This document shows positions 16,412 through 24,638 of a stretch of 32,000 nt of DNA, in pieces. The notes under the pieces were generated by a model that worked only from the letters and a program-made list of their open reading frames with translations, searched no databases and had not been told where the DNA came from. How positions within the stretch are numbered: position 1 is the first letter of the stretch; every line of letters starts with the position of its first letter. Source of the stretch: Ignicoccus hospitalis KIN4/I (GTDB taxonomy: Archaea > Thermoproteota > Thermoprotei_A > Sulfolobales > Ignicoccaceae); NCBI RefSeq assembly GCF_000017945.1, contig NC_009776.1, forward strand, positions 990,001-1,022,000. The letters run 5' to 3'. The translations under genes and the position numbers were made by a program.

Positions 16412-16819
16412 TTACTTCCCTCCCCTGACCCTCATTATTTTGTAAACTCCGGGCGGCATCACCCAGTACTCGACCTCCACGCCGGGCTCCAGACGGGACT
16501 TGAGCTCTTCCTCCTCGGGCAACGGGACCTCGAAGGTGTCGTAAGTCTCCATGTCCATCAGCTGGACGCTGTCGCCGGTGATGGCCAACACTTGGCCCAC
16601 CCTCTTCTCAATTATGGGGACCTCAACCCTCGTGTCCACGGGGGCTACGAAGGTCTTCTTGGCACCGCTGATCAAGCTTATGGCGACCACGTGAGCCTTC
16701 GCGCTCCCGTGCTTACCGGTCTTGGCCTTGCTCATCTCAACTATCTTGCACGGCTCGCCGTCTATCATTATGAAGTTGCCCGGCTTGAGCTCTCCCAAGG
16801 TCGCGTAGGTCTTGGACAC
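16412..16819 (-). CDS. eif5A: Translation initiation factor aIF5A
   Basis: 135 aa; hypusine-loop '[18 protein letters not shown]' and OB-like C-terminal domain. Confidence 0.97.
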
Positions 16820-16884
16820 GCTCCCACCCGGTCACCGATCGGCGTAAGGAGCTAATATACGGTCGGAAGCGTGCAGAGGCTCGC

Positions 16885-17985
16885 CTAGCCTAAGAGGGAC
16901 GTCAGCTCGATTATTACCCTGTCTATTTCCGACAAGGGGGCCTCCAAGTATTTCTTGACATTTATTTTGTTCCTCTTCGCCTCCTCTAACAGCCTAGAAA
17001 CGAGCTCTATCTTCGTGACCAGCTCTTCCCCCAAGTCGTCCTTCATCCACCTCGCGCAGTCGAGCGCGGTCCTTATCTTCGGACAACGCGCGAAGAACAA
17101 GTACCAGTCCAACTTGAGCTTCAGCAAGGGATCGGGCCGGAAGTAGTACGGGACTGGGCCCACCAGCTCCTCGGAGACGTCGTCCTTCAACCACAAGACC
17201 CAACCCTCTATGGGTAAAGCGAGCTTCTTTATCATCATGAGGTCATCAAAGTTCTCTGCCTTGTTCGCCTCCACTTCCACGTCCTCGTCCCTCCTGGCCT
17301 CCTCTACGGGGGCGGCTAGGGCCTCCTTCAAGGCCGATAAGTACCTGCGCGCGGAGTCCGGCGGCAACAAGGCGGAGCGCTCGTCCCCTACGAGCCGGCC
17401 TTTGGAGAATAAGGCCGGACTCTCAAAGACCCTCGCGCCCAAGAGCTTGTACTCCACCCACTCCGGGGCCAAGGGTCTCCCGGGGAGAGGGGGGACCTCG
17501 TCCAGTTCCCCCACCCCGAGAGACCTCAATTCCTCGTTCAGCTTCTCTAACAAGTTTTTGTCCTTATTTACGAGCTCCAACATTATAGCGTATTCGCCCT
17601 CCAGCTCCAGCAGGGGTTCCTTGTTCTCCAACAACCCCTTAGTCAGCTTGACGAAAGCGTTGTTCTCGCTCGACCTCGTGTGGATTATTACCTTATTCTT
17701 AACCTTTCTAATCACCACCAAGGTCCCGTCGTGCTTTCGGAAGGCCCTCCTTACCTCGGGCACCCCGCCCAAGAGCTCGGTTACCTCATGAACGTTGGGG
17801 AACTTCGTGAAAGACCTATAAGCAATTATATCTGCTTTATTCTTAATTACGTATAAACCCCTCGCGGGTATTAGGTGTTTGGACTTCAAGAAGTCCTTCC
17901 AAGAGGTGACGTTGCGGGGGTAACTGATCACGTTGCCCTTCTGGGAGAGGACGTACTTGTAGTGGGCGAGCGCGAGGTCCTTCAA
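16885..17985 (-). CDS. Predicted ATP-dependent RNA ligase, T4 Rnl1-like nucleotidyltransferase
   Basis: 366 aa; 'ADIIAYRSFTKFPNVHE' precedes motif I 'RKHDGTLVVIRKVKNKVIIHTRSSENNAFV'; candidate motif III 'EYAIMLELVNKDKN'; motif IV 'IEGWVLWLKDD'; motif V plus tail 'LLKLKLDWYLFFAR', similar to the KxKxxWY region of T4 RNA ligase 1. Confidence 0.7.
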   Translation of the reverse strand: MKDLALAHYKYVLSQKGNVISYPRNVTSWKDFLKSKHLIPARGLYVIKNKADIIAYRSFTKFPNVHEVTELLGGVPEVRRAFRKHDGTLVVIRKVKNKVIIHTRSSENNAFVKLTKGLLENKEPLLELEGEYAIMLELVNKDKNLLEKLNEELRSLGVGELDEVPPLPGRPLAPEWVEYKLLGARVFESPALFSKGRLVGDERSALLPPDSARRYLSALKEALAAPVEEARRDEDVEVEANKAENFDDLMMIKKLALPIEGWVLWLKDDVSEELVGPVPYYFRPDPLLKLKLDWYLFFARCPKIRTALDCARWMKDDLGEELVTKIELVSRLLEEAKRNKINVKKYLEAPLSEIDRVIIELTSLLG

Positions 17986-18226
17986 GGCTTCCTAGGGGCC
18001 CCGTCAAAGGCTCGGATATCAACTTTCGCTCAGAAGAGTCCGGCGACGTTCGGCGGTCGCGGGGTTTAAGACTTGGTCGTCGGAGGGGACGTAAAGCCCC
18101 TTCAAGAGGGCCGCGCCGCGGCGAAAGAAGGGGAGGGAGCGCTGGGGCGCTTGGACCTTTGGGAGACTTAAAGTGTGAGAAGCGTTCACATACTCTCCGG
18201 TCAGCAAGTACCGACCGGGAAGGAAA

Positions 18227-19807
18227 ATGGACTTGAAGGCCCTAGTAGGCCTTCTGCTCTTACTGGCCGGCCTCGGAACCGTAGCGCTGTTCGCCGTCGG
18301 CGCGGCCCTCTGCTCGCTGGCCCCCGGGGCGGAGGAGGCTTGGAAGTACGTCGCCTCGAAGGGGATAAAGGTCGTGGACCACACGGAAGTGTTCAAGAAG
18401 TTTAACATAACAGAGTACGAGGGCTCTAAGACTTGTTTGAAGTGTCACGAGAAGGAGGTTAGGGACTTCGTCCACAGTTACCACTACAGGCTAATAAACA
18501 CGGTTAACGACGTAGCGGGCAAGGGCAGCGTAGAGGTGGGGAGCAGGACGCTCTACAACGACTTCTGCGGCGCTATATTCTGGAACAAGACCGTGTCAGT
18601 CAACTTCATAGGCAAGGCAGTATTGAAGAAGACCCCTCCGGGGATGGAGAAGCTCAAGGGCAAGCTGATAGCCACCGGCTGCTCCATGTGTCACGGAGCC
18701 AGCTTGGGCATGATACCAAACATAAACCCCACTGAGAAAGACCTAGAGAACGTAGACTGCTTAGTTTGTCACTCAAACACGTACAAAGGCGGCGCTATAG
18801 GAATTAAGAAGGGGTTCAAGGAAGTAGTTAAAACTAAGGAAGGCTGGAGGTACGTCCCTAAGATATCGATAGAGGAGGCTGCGAAGATAGTAGCTAAGCC
18901 GTCCAAGGACGCTTGCTTAGCGTGCCACGCCTTCGCGGGCGGCGGGCCTCACTTCAAGAGGCCCAACATAAGTCCGGACCTCATGGGCAAGGTGTCGGAG
19001 GACTTCGACGTACACATGGCTAGGGGGCTTCAGTGCGTGGACTGCCACACGTTCGAGCGCCACAAGGTGGGCACAGAGGGGGTGGGGACTTGGTCTAGGG
19101 AGGCGAGGCCCGTCAGCTGTACGGACTGCCACCCCAAGAGGCACAAGGCCCCCTTGGTAGGCTTCATAATAGAGAACTTCCACAAGAAGGTCGCTTGTCA
19201 GACTTGCCACATATCGCACATAGCCCACGGCAAGTACCCGATAGACGTGGAGAGGGACTGGAGGCACATAGAGTTTAACGAGAAGCTGGGCAGGTGGGAG
19301 CCCAAGCTGGTATTGAAGAAGAACTTGAAGCCGGTGTATATGTGGTGGAACGGTGAGAAGAGGGAGGCCTACTTGTACCCCGACCCGGTGGAGGGCGAGG
19401 TAATAGTCTACGCAAGGCCCGTGGGAGACGAGAGCGACGGCAAGATCTACCCCTTCAGGGAGCACGTTGCCTACGTACCTTTCGACGAGAACAAGAAGAT
19501 ACCGATACCCATAAAGGTGGGGATAGTGTTCGCCTTAGGAGATATCAACAAGGCCGTGCAAGCGGGAGCGAAAGTTGCGAACCTAACCTTCACTGGGAAG
19601 TTCATCAAGATGGTTCGATACATGAACGTGGACCACGGGGTGGTCCCCGCGAGTAAGGCGTTGAAGTGCGTGGACTGCCACAGCCCGTGGAGCGCGCTGC
19701 CGCTGGAGGAGCTCGGCTACTGGTACCCGCCGATAATCTACTACGGCGCCCCCGTTATAGCCTTGATTGGCGTTGCGCTGTTGGCGCTCTCGCTTAGGAA
19801 GAAGTGA
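18227..19807 (+). CDS. Octaheme c-type cytochrome, membrane anchored
   Basis: 526 aa with 8 CxxCH motifs (CLKCH, CSMCH, CLVCH, CLACH, CVDCH, CTDCH, CQTCH, CVDCH), N-terminal TM and C-terminal TM 'PVIALIGVALLALSLRKK'. Confidence 0.95.
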   Translation: MDLKALVGLLLLLAGLGTVALFAVGAALCSLAPGAEEAWKYVASKGIKVVDHTEVFKKFNITEYEGSKTCLKCHEKEVRDFVHSYHYRLINTVNDVAGKGSVEVGSRTLYNDFCGAIFWNKTVSVNFIGKAVLKKTPPGMEKLKGKLIATGCSMCHGASLGMIPNINPTEKDLENVDCLVCHSNTYKGGAIGIKKGFKEVVKTKEGWRYVPKISIEEAAKIVAKPSKDACLACHAFAGGGPHFKRPNISPDLMGKVSEDFDVHMARGLQCVDCHTFERHKVGTEGVGTWSREARPVSCTDCHPKRHKAPLVGFIIENFHKKVACQTCHISHIAHGKYPIDVERDWRHIEFNEKLGRWEPKLVLKKNLKPVYMWWNGEKREAYLYPDPVEGEVIVYARPVGDESDGKIYPFREHVAYVPFDENKKIPIPIKVGIVFALGDINKAVQAGAKVANLTFTGKFIKMVRYMNVDHGVVPASKALKCVDCHSPWSALPLEELGYWYPPIIYYGAPVIALIGVALLALSLRKK

Positions 19808-19878
19808 GCTTCATTATTTTTTATTTTCTTTTAAGTGGTCATTCCTTTGTTCCATTCTTGTTGCCTTTGAACGTATAT

Positions 19879-20307
19879 CTTTCTATTCTCTTTTGAGACT
19901 TCACATTCTCTTTCCTCTTTTGGGTGTCTGGGAGTCCTGCGCTTTCTATCCTCTCTTGAGACTTCACAGTGTTAGAAGGTAAAGAGATAGAGATATTGAA
20001 CGTTAGAGAATCTTTCTATCCTCTTTTGAGACTTCACAGGAAGTGGCGAACGAGGAGGAGGCCAAGAGACTGTGTGACTTTCTATCCTCTTTTGAGACTT
20101 CACTTGTGAACCCCGTTCTGGTGGTACAGGCCGAGAGCGAGGTCTTTCTATCCTCTTTTGAGACTTCACAACTTACGAACGGTGACTTAGGTACAACAGG
20201 AAGTCTAAGTCTACTTTCTATCCTCTTTTGAGAGTTCACAACACCACGAAGAAGTTATTGCGTAAAAAACATTACCGAAAGCTTTCTATCCTCTTTTGAG
20301 ACTTCAC
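19879..20307 (-). CRISPR. CRISPR array, 7 repeats and 6 spacers, predicted transcription on the minus strand
   Basis: 26-nt repeat (+ strand CTTTCTATCCTCTTTTGAGACTTCAC) starting at 19879, 19942, 20012, 20078, 20144, 20214, 20282; spacers 37, 44, 40, 40, 44, 42 nt. R1, R2 and R6 each carry one substitution. Minus-strand repeat GTGAAGTCTCAAAAGAGGATAGAAAG ends in GAAAG, like crRNA 5' handles. Confidence 0.98.
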
Positions 20308-20634
20308 CGAAGCCTTCCATATAAAGCCCCAAGGTCTTTCCCTTAAAAGAATTGCATTCTACTGCGAGTTTACAATTCCCCAAACTTTTCCCTTTATTCA
20401 AGAAATTTTTCCTCTGCCCTTCCCTCCACGATCTTCAGCGTTCCCATGAAAAGATATAAGGGGGTTTGAGAGAGTGAATAGTAATGGTGCGCTTTCGAAT
20501 ATAAGATGTTCCCATGTGGGCAAAGATGAGAAAGGAAATTAACAAATATAAAAGTTTGGTAATGAGTTATACAGAAGCATCAATGGGCGTCCCGTGCCCT
20601 ATATTTCCGCCCGGGACCGCGGGCTGGGGAGAGA
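20308..20634 (-). promoter_or_regulatory. Putative CRISPR leader/promoter region
   Basis: AT-richer, ORF-poor segment between R7 and the next gene, at the end opposite the degenerate repeats; minus-strand TATA-like 'TTTTAAGG' around 20341-20350. Confidence 0.5.
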
Positions 20635-21390
20635 GTGGAAGTAAGGGAAGGCGACCTGGTTCTGATATACATAGACAAGAGGAGGAAGAAGTTAGTGAAA
20701 GCGATTAAAGGAAAGGTATTTGGGAGTGACTTAGGAGTGTTGAAGCTTGACGACGTAATTGGTAAGAGGTACGGCGAGAGCGTGGAGTTCAGCACGGGGG
20801 CTAGGGCTTATATCCTCAAGCCCACGCTGGAGGACGTACTCTTCTCATTTAAGAGAAGAACGCAAGTGATCTACCCGAAGGACTTGGGGTTGATGGCGAT
20901 CAAGCTGGGGGCAGGCCCGGGGAAGAGGTGCTTGGAGGGCGGCTCCGGGTCGGGCTTCGTGGCAGCTACCTTGAGCTGGTTCGGCTGCGACGTGGCCTCC
21001 TTCGAGGTGAGGAAGGAACACTTGTACGTTGCCAAAAGGAACTTAGAGGAGGTCGGATTGAGGGTAACCTTCGTGAACGCTTCCATAGGGGAGGCCCCGG
21101 AGGTCTACGGCGAGGAGAGCTTCGACGCGGCGGCTGTGGACGTGGGAGACCCTTGGAAGTACGTGGACGGGGTGTGGAGGGCCCTCAAGGGCGGCGCCCC
21201 GGCGGCCTTCTGGCTGCCCACCTACAACCAGCTGGAGAAGCTGAAGGAGGCCTCGCGGGGCAAGTTCATTTGGATGGAGAGCCTCGAGGTCAACGAGAGG
21301 AGGCTCAAGGTCGAGAAGGGCGCCACCAGGCCCGAGCAGACGGGGATAACCTTCACGGGCTTCTGGGCCTTCCTTAGGAAGGTTTACTGA
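20635..21390 (+). CDS. trmI: TrmI-like tRNA (adenine-58-N1) methyltransferase
   Basis: 251 aa; 'RRTQVIYPKDLGLMAIKLGAGPGKRCLEGGSGSGFVAATLSWFG', 'ASFEVRKEHLYVAKRNLEEVGL', 'DAAAVDVGDPWKYVDGVWRALKGGAPAAFWLPTYNQ'. Confidence 0.85.
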   Translation: MEVREGDLVLIYIDKRRKKLVKAIKGKVFGSDLGVLKLDDVIGKRYGESVEFSTGARAYILKPTLEDVLFSFKRRTQVIYPKDLGLMAIKLGAGPGKRCLEGGSGSGFVAATLSWFGCDVASFEVRKEHLYVAKRNLEEVGLRVTFVNASIGEAPEVYGEESFDAAAVDVGDPWKYVDGVWRALKGGAPAAFWLPTYNQLEKLKEASRGKFIWMESLEVNERRLKVEKGATRPEQTGITFTGFWAFLRKVY

Positions 21391-21403
21391 TTCCCAGTTA
21401 AAA

Positions 21404-21419
21404 GCTTTCATCAGAAAGC
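21404..21419 (+). other. Perfect hairpin (6-bp stem, 4-nt loop) between trmI-like gene and csa1
   Basis: GCTTTC-ATCA-GAAAGC directly downstream of the trmI-like stop. Confidence 0.5.
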
Positions 21420-21521
21420 CCAAGTTCTATTATATGAGATTTCTCCTCAAAGCTTTCACGTGGGACGTCAGAAAAGGTTCCCCTTCCTCAAGGACTTCTC
21501 ACTTTCGGCTTTTCTCATCTA

Positions 21522-22271
21522 ATGACAAAAGTGATTTGGTGTAAGTACTCCTCGGTGGGAGTCGCGCTTCCCAGGTGGGTTTGGGACGAGCTGAGGGCCA
21601 CCGCGGGGGAAACAGTAGTCCACACTAGGGGCTGGGACTGGCAGCTCTTGCAGCCCCGCTACAAGGCTAGGCCCAGCGTGAGCGACCTCACCAGCCCGTG
21701 CCCCACGAAGAGGGACGTATACTTGAGGAAGGTGTTAGGAGTTAGGCTGGAGAGCGAGGCAATGAGCAAGGGAAGGGCCGTCCACGAGGCCTTCATGGCC
21801 CCGTTCAAAGGAGTCGAGCTGGAGACAGAGGACCCCCTCTTGAAGAGGGTTTACGAAGAGGCAAAGGTGAGGAAGGCCGCAGCCGAGGAGGAGGGGATAC
21901 CCGTCGAGGTAGAGCCGGAGATACCCGGCCACTCGGTGGGCCTCTCTAGCGCCCTCAAGCCGGACTTCTTGGTGGGGTTCATACCGGTTGAAGTGGTTTA
22001 CGGTAACGGCCTCGAAAGGAAGAAGCTAGCCGTTACCGGCTACGCCCTGGCCTTGGAGTCTTGGATAGGCCACCCGGTGGAGGTCGGAATAGTGGTGAGC
22101 GTTACCGACAAGAAGACTTACTGGAACGTGGTCAGGATACACGAGGGCTTGAGGAGGAGGTTCCTTGAAGTGAGGGACGAGGTGGCGAGGATCTTGGGCG
22201 AGAAGGAGGACCCGGGCGCGCCCGAGGAGTGCCCCAAGGCGTGTCCCTTCGCGGAGGTGTGTAAGAGGTGA
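21522..22271 (+). CDS. csa1: CRISPR-associated Csa1 (Cas4-like exonuclease family)
   Basis: 249 aa; 'SVSDLTSPCPTKRDVYLRKVLG', 'SKGRAVHEAF', 'LKPDFLVGFIPVEVVYGN', C-terminal 'CPKACPFAEVC'; located directly upstream of cas1. Confidence 0.87.
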   Translation: MTKVIWCKYSSVGVALPRWVWDELRATAGETVVHTRGWDWQLLQPRYKARPSVSDLTSPCPTKRDVYLRKVLGVRLESEAMSKGRAVHEAFMAPFKGVELETEDPLLKRVYEEAKVRKAAAEEEGIPVEVEPEIPGHSVGLSSALKPDFLVGFIPVEVVYGNGLERKKLAVTGYALALESWIGHPVEVGIVVSVTDKKTYWNVVRIHEGLRRRFLEVRDEVARILGEKEDPGAPEECPKACPFAEVCKR

Positions 22272-23185
22272 ACGTCTTCGTAATTTCCGAGCCAGGGAAG
22301 CTGTTCGTGAAGGACGGGGGACTGGCCTTCGCCAACTCTAAGGGGGAAGTCGCCTACTTGGCCAACTTGTACGACGTGATAATACTAGCGACCTCAAAGG
22401 TCTCTGTCACGGGCGCCGCCCTCAGGGCCATGGGGAGGCTCGGGGTGGACTTGGTGGTCTTGGAGTGGAACGGCAGGCCCTCGGGGAGGTTCTCCTCGCC
22501 CGTCCCCAACAAGAGCGCCCTCGCGCGCCTCAAGCAGTACGAAGTGGTCTTAAAGGGGGAAGGCTTGAAGTACGCAAAACCCATGATAGTTAGAAAGATA
22601 ATAGAACAAGGCAGGACGTTGAGATACTTCGCCAAGACTAAGAGGATGAAGTGGCTCAGGGAGGCCAGTTACGAGCTGGAGAAGCTCTCCGCGGACGCCT
22701 CCTCCGCAGGCTCGCCGGAGGCGCTGAGGGCCGTGGAGGCGCAAGCGGCGAGGCTCTACTGGGGGCTGCTGTCCGAGGCCTTCCCGGAGTTCCCGGGGAG
22801 GGAGCACGAGGGCTGCGACCCGTACAACTCCGCCATAAACTACTCCTACGGGATCCTTTACTCTTACGCGTTCAAGGCCTTGAGCGTGACCGGCTTGGAC
22901 CCCTACGCCGGCCTGTTCCACGCGATCAAGAGCGGGAGGGAAGCCTTGGTCTACGACTTCTCGGAGCAGTTCAAGCCGTTAGTAGATAGGCGCGCGTTGC
23001 CCTTAGCGCACGAGCTCGAGGTGGACGGCTGTTCACTCACTTACAGCTCCAGGAAGGCCTTAGGAGAGGAAATCAAGAAGCTCTTGGAGTCTTGCGACAA
23101 GACCTTGCTCGCCGAGGCGTGGAACTTGGCCAGCTCAATGAGGGAGGGGAGGGAGTACCTCCCGGGGTGGAAGGGGTGTACGTGA
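22268..23185 (+). CDS. cas1: CRISPR-associated endonuclease Cas1
   Basis: 305 aa; 'ISEPGKLFVKDGGLAF', 'GLLSEAFPEFPGREHEGCDPYNSAINYSYGILYSYAFKALSVTGLDPYAGLFH', 'REALVYDFSEQFKPLVD'. Confidence 0.97.
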   Translation: MNVFVISEPGKLFVKDGGLAFANSKGEVAYLANLYDVIILATSKVSVTGAALRAMGRLGVDLVVLEWNGRPSGRFSSPVPNKSALARLKQYEVVLKGEGLKYAKPMIVRKIIEQGRTLRYFAKTKRMKWLREASYELEKLSADASSAGSPEALRAVEAQAARLYWGLLSEAFPEFPGREHEGCDPYNSAINYSYGILYSYAFKALSVTGLDPYAGLFHAIKSGREALVYDFSEQFKPLVDRRALPLAHELEVDGCSLTYSSRKALGEEIKKLLESCDKTLLAEAWNLASSMREGREYLPGWKGCT

Positions 23186-23424
23186 TAGTTTCTTACGACA
23201 TAAAGGACGATAGGAAGAGGCTTAAGGTAATGAAGCGGCTACTGGCCTTGGGGTTCTCTAGGCTCCAGAAGAGCGTTTACGTGAGGAGGGGCAGCAGGGG
23301 AGACGCCAAAGACGCTTTCAACGCAACAGTAAAGTACTTGGACGACGGAGATAAATTATTCATCATAGTTGTGAGCGACAAGGAGTTCAGGGAGGCGTGG
23401 GCCGTTGAAGGGAAGGTTGGTTAA
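23182..23424 (+). CDS. cas2: CRISPR-associated endoribonuclease Cas2
   Basis: 80 aa from GTG at 23182 (GTGA overlap with the cas1 stop): 'VIVSYDIKDDRKRLKVMKRLLALGFSRLQKSVYVRRG'. The listed ORF start at 23092 is inside cas1. Confidence 0.94.
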   Translation: MIVSYDIKDDRKRLKVMKRLLALGFSRLQKSVYVRRGSRGDAKDAFNATVKYLDDGDKLFIIVVSDKEFREAWAVEGKVG

Positions 23425-23923
23425 CGCTTACGCGCTCTGCCCGGCCTTCGCCTACTTCAAGTACCACTTCCCCGAGCCCCAGACCCCTTCCATGGAGCTG
23501 GGGAAGGAATTGGACGTGAGGGAGTTGGTTGAGAAGTTCGTGAGGCCGAAGTGCGAGGTGAGGTACCAAGTCCCGCTGAGGGGGAAGCTGGGCTCCGGAA
23601 GGGCCGACGCGGTGGTGCTCTGCGAGGGGCGACTGGAGGTGGTGGAGGCGAAGCTGGGCGGGGGGTTTAAGAGGCAACAGCTCGCCCAAGCGGCGTTCTA
23701 CTGCTTGTTGGCGGAGGAGCAGTTCGGCCTCCCCTGCGAGGCCCTCTGGCTCTGCTCGCCCGAGGGGTGCGAGAGGAGGCCCTTCAGCTACTCCTTGAGG
23801 GAACACGTGAAGGGCTTGTTAGAAGCCTTGGAAAGGGACTTGGACGTCTTGCCTAGGGGTAGGCCTTCGAGGTACTGCAGCTACTGCAAGTACTCAAGCC
23901 TGTGTCCTTGGAGACCTCCTTAA
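23405..23923 (+). CDS. cas4: CRISPR-associated exonuclease Cas4
   Basis: 172 aa; 'RADAVVLCEGRLEVVEAKLG', 'QQLAQAAFYCLLAEEQFG', C-terminal Fe-S Cys cluster 'YCSYCKYSSLCPW'. Confidence 0.93.
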   Translation: MKGRLVNAYALCPAFAYFKYHFPEPQTPSMELGKELDVRELVEKFVRPKCEVRYQVPLRGKLGSGRADAVVLCEGRLEVVEAKLGGGFKRQQLAQAAFYCLLAEEQFGLPCEALWLCSPEGCERRPFSYSLREHVKGLLEALERDLDVLPRGRPSRYCSYCKYSSLCPWRPP

Positions 23924-24638
23924 CTATCCCATAGACCTTAGGTAGCTCGCGCTCGATTTCCTTCTCCACGTCCTCCAAGGTCTTCCCCCTCTCCTCCAAG
24001 GCCCTCCTCACGTAGCCGCTGGGCTTCTGGGCGCTGTCGGCCCTTCTCGCCAAGGCCGCCGCGACGCTGTCGGCCAAGCTCAAGAAGCCCGCCAACACGA
24101 AGCCCTTTGCCAACGTGGGCAACTGGTTCCCGAGCGACCGGGCTTCCCCCTCTATCGACTCCAATTTCACCTTCAGCCCCTTCAACTCCTTCAGCTCCGG
24201 CATCAAGTTCCCGAGGAGGCCCACGTCCCCAAGAGGGGCGTTGAAGTGTTTACACTCCTCCAACATCCTCATGGCGTGGTGGTGCCTCAACACTGCGTAG
24301 AATATGGCCTCGTGCTCCAACCCGGCCCCCCTCAGTTGGGGCCCCAACTCCAACACCACTTGGGCCGAGAGCACCTCGTGACACTTGAAGGAAAGCTTGC
24401 CCTCGAGTTTAGAGTTCTTGAGTATTTCGTACCTTCTGAGCACGTCGTCGTTTGCCTTCCCGACGTCGTGCAACAGCGCCGCTATTACGAACTCGCCCAC
24501 CAGCCCGTGTACCTCCAGCTCGTCCTCGAACAGCGCTAAGCCCGCGGCAGCCGTCCTAAGGCTGTGCTCACAGAGGCCCTCGAAGACCTCCTTCCCTCCC
24601 CTCACCTCGTAGAACGCCGGCGCGTCAACGCAAGTCAA
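23853..24638 (-). CDS. cas3HD: Cas3'' HD nuclease
   Basis: 261 aa; 'CEHSLRTAAAGL', 'IAALLHDVGKAND', 'YAVLRHHHAMRM', 'GFLSLADSVAAAL'. Confidence 0.92.
   Translation of the reverse strand: MTCVDAPAFYEVRGGKEVFEGLCEHSLRTAAAGLALFEDELEVHGLVGEFVIAALLHDVGKANDDVLRRYEILKNSKLEGKLSFKCHEVLSAQVVLELGPQLRGAGLEHEAIFYAVLRHHHAMRMLEECKHFNAPLGDVGLLGNLMPELKELKGLKVKLESIEGEARSLGNQLPTLAKGFVLAGFLSLADSVAAALARRADSAQKPSGYVRRALEERGKTLEDVEKEIERELPKVYGIVKEVSKDTGLSTCSSCSTSKAYP

Noticed and set aside
17986-18180. GC-rich intergenic segment considered as a tRNA or other structured RNA
   Set aside because: No cloverleaf, T-loop or box C/D pattern could be assembled by eye.
18019-18408. 129-aa minus ORF crossing the cytochrome promoter and start
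   Set aside because: Overlaps the octaheme cytochrome N-terminus in antisense, no recognisable domain.
19972-20239. ORFs across the CRISPR array (MKSQKRIE..., NSQKRIES...)
   Set aside because: Translations of the CRISPR repeat (repeated SQKRIE peptides), not real proteins.
21391-21425. Possible minus-strand C box CTGATGA near the trmI-csa1 hairpin
   Set aside because: No properly spaced C' and D boxes; the nearest D-like motif is only about 13 nt away. Treated as a hairpin instead.
22550-22921. Minus-strand 123-aa ORF within cas1
   Set aside because: Antisense to conserved Cas1 active-site region; no independent support.
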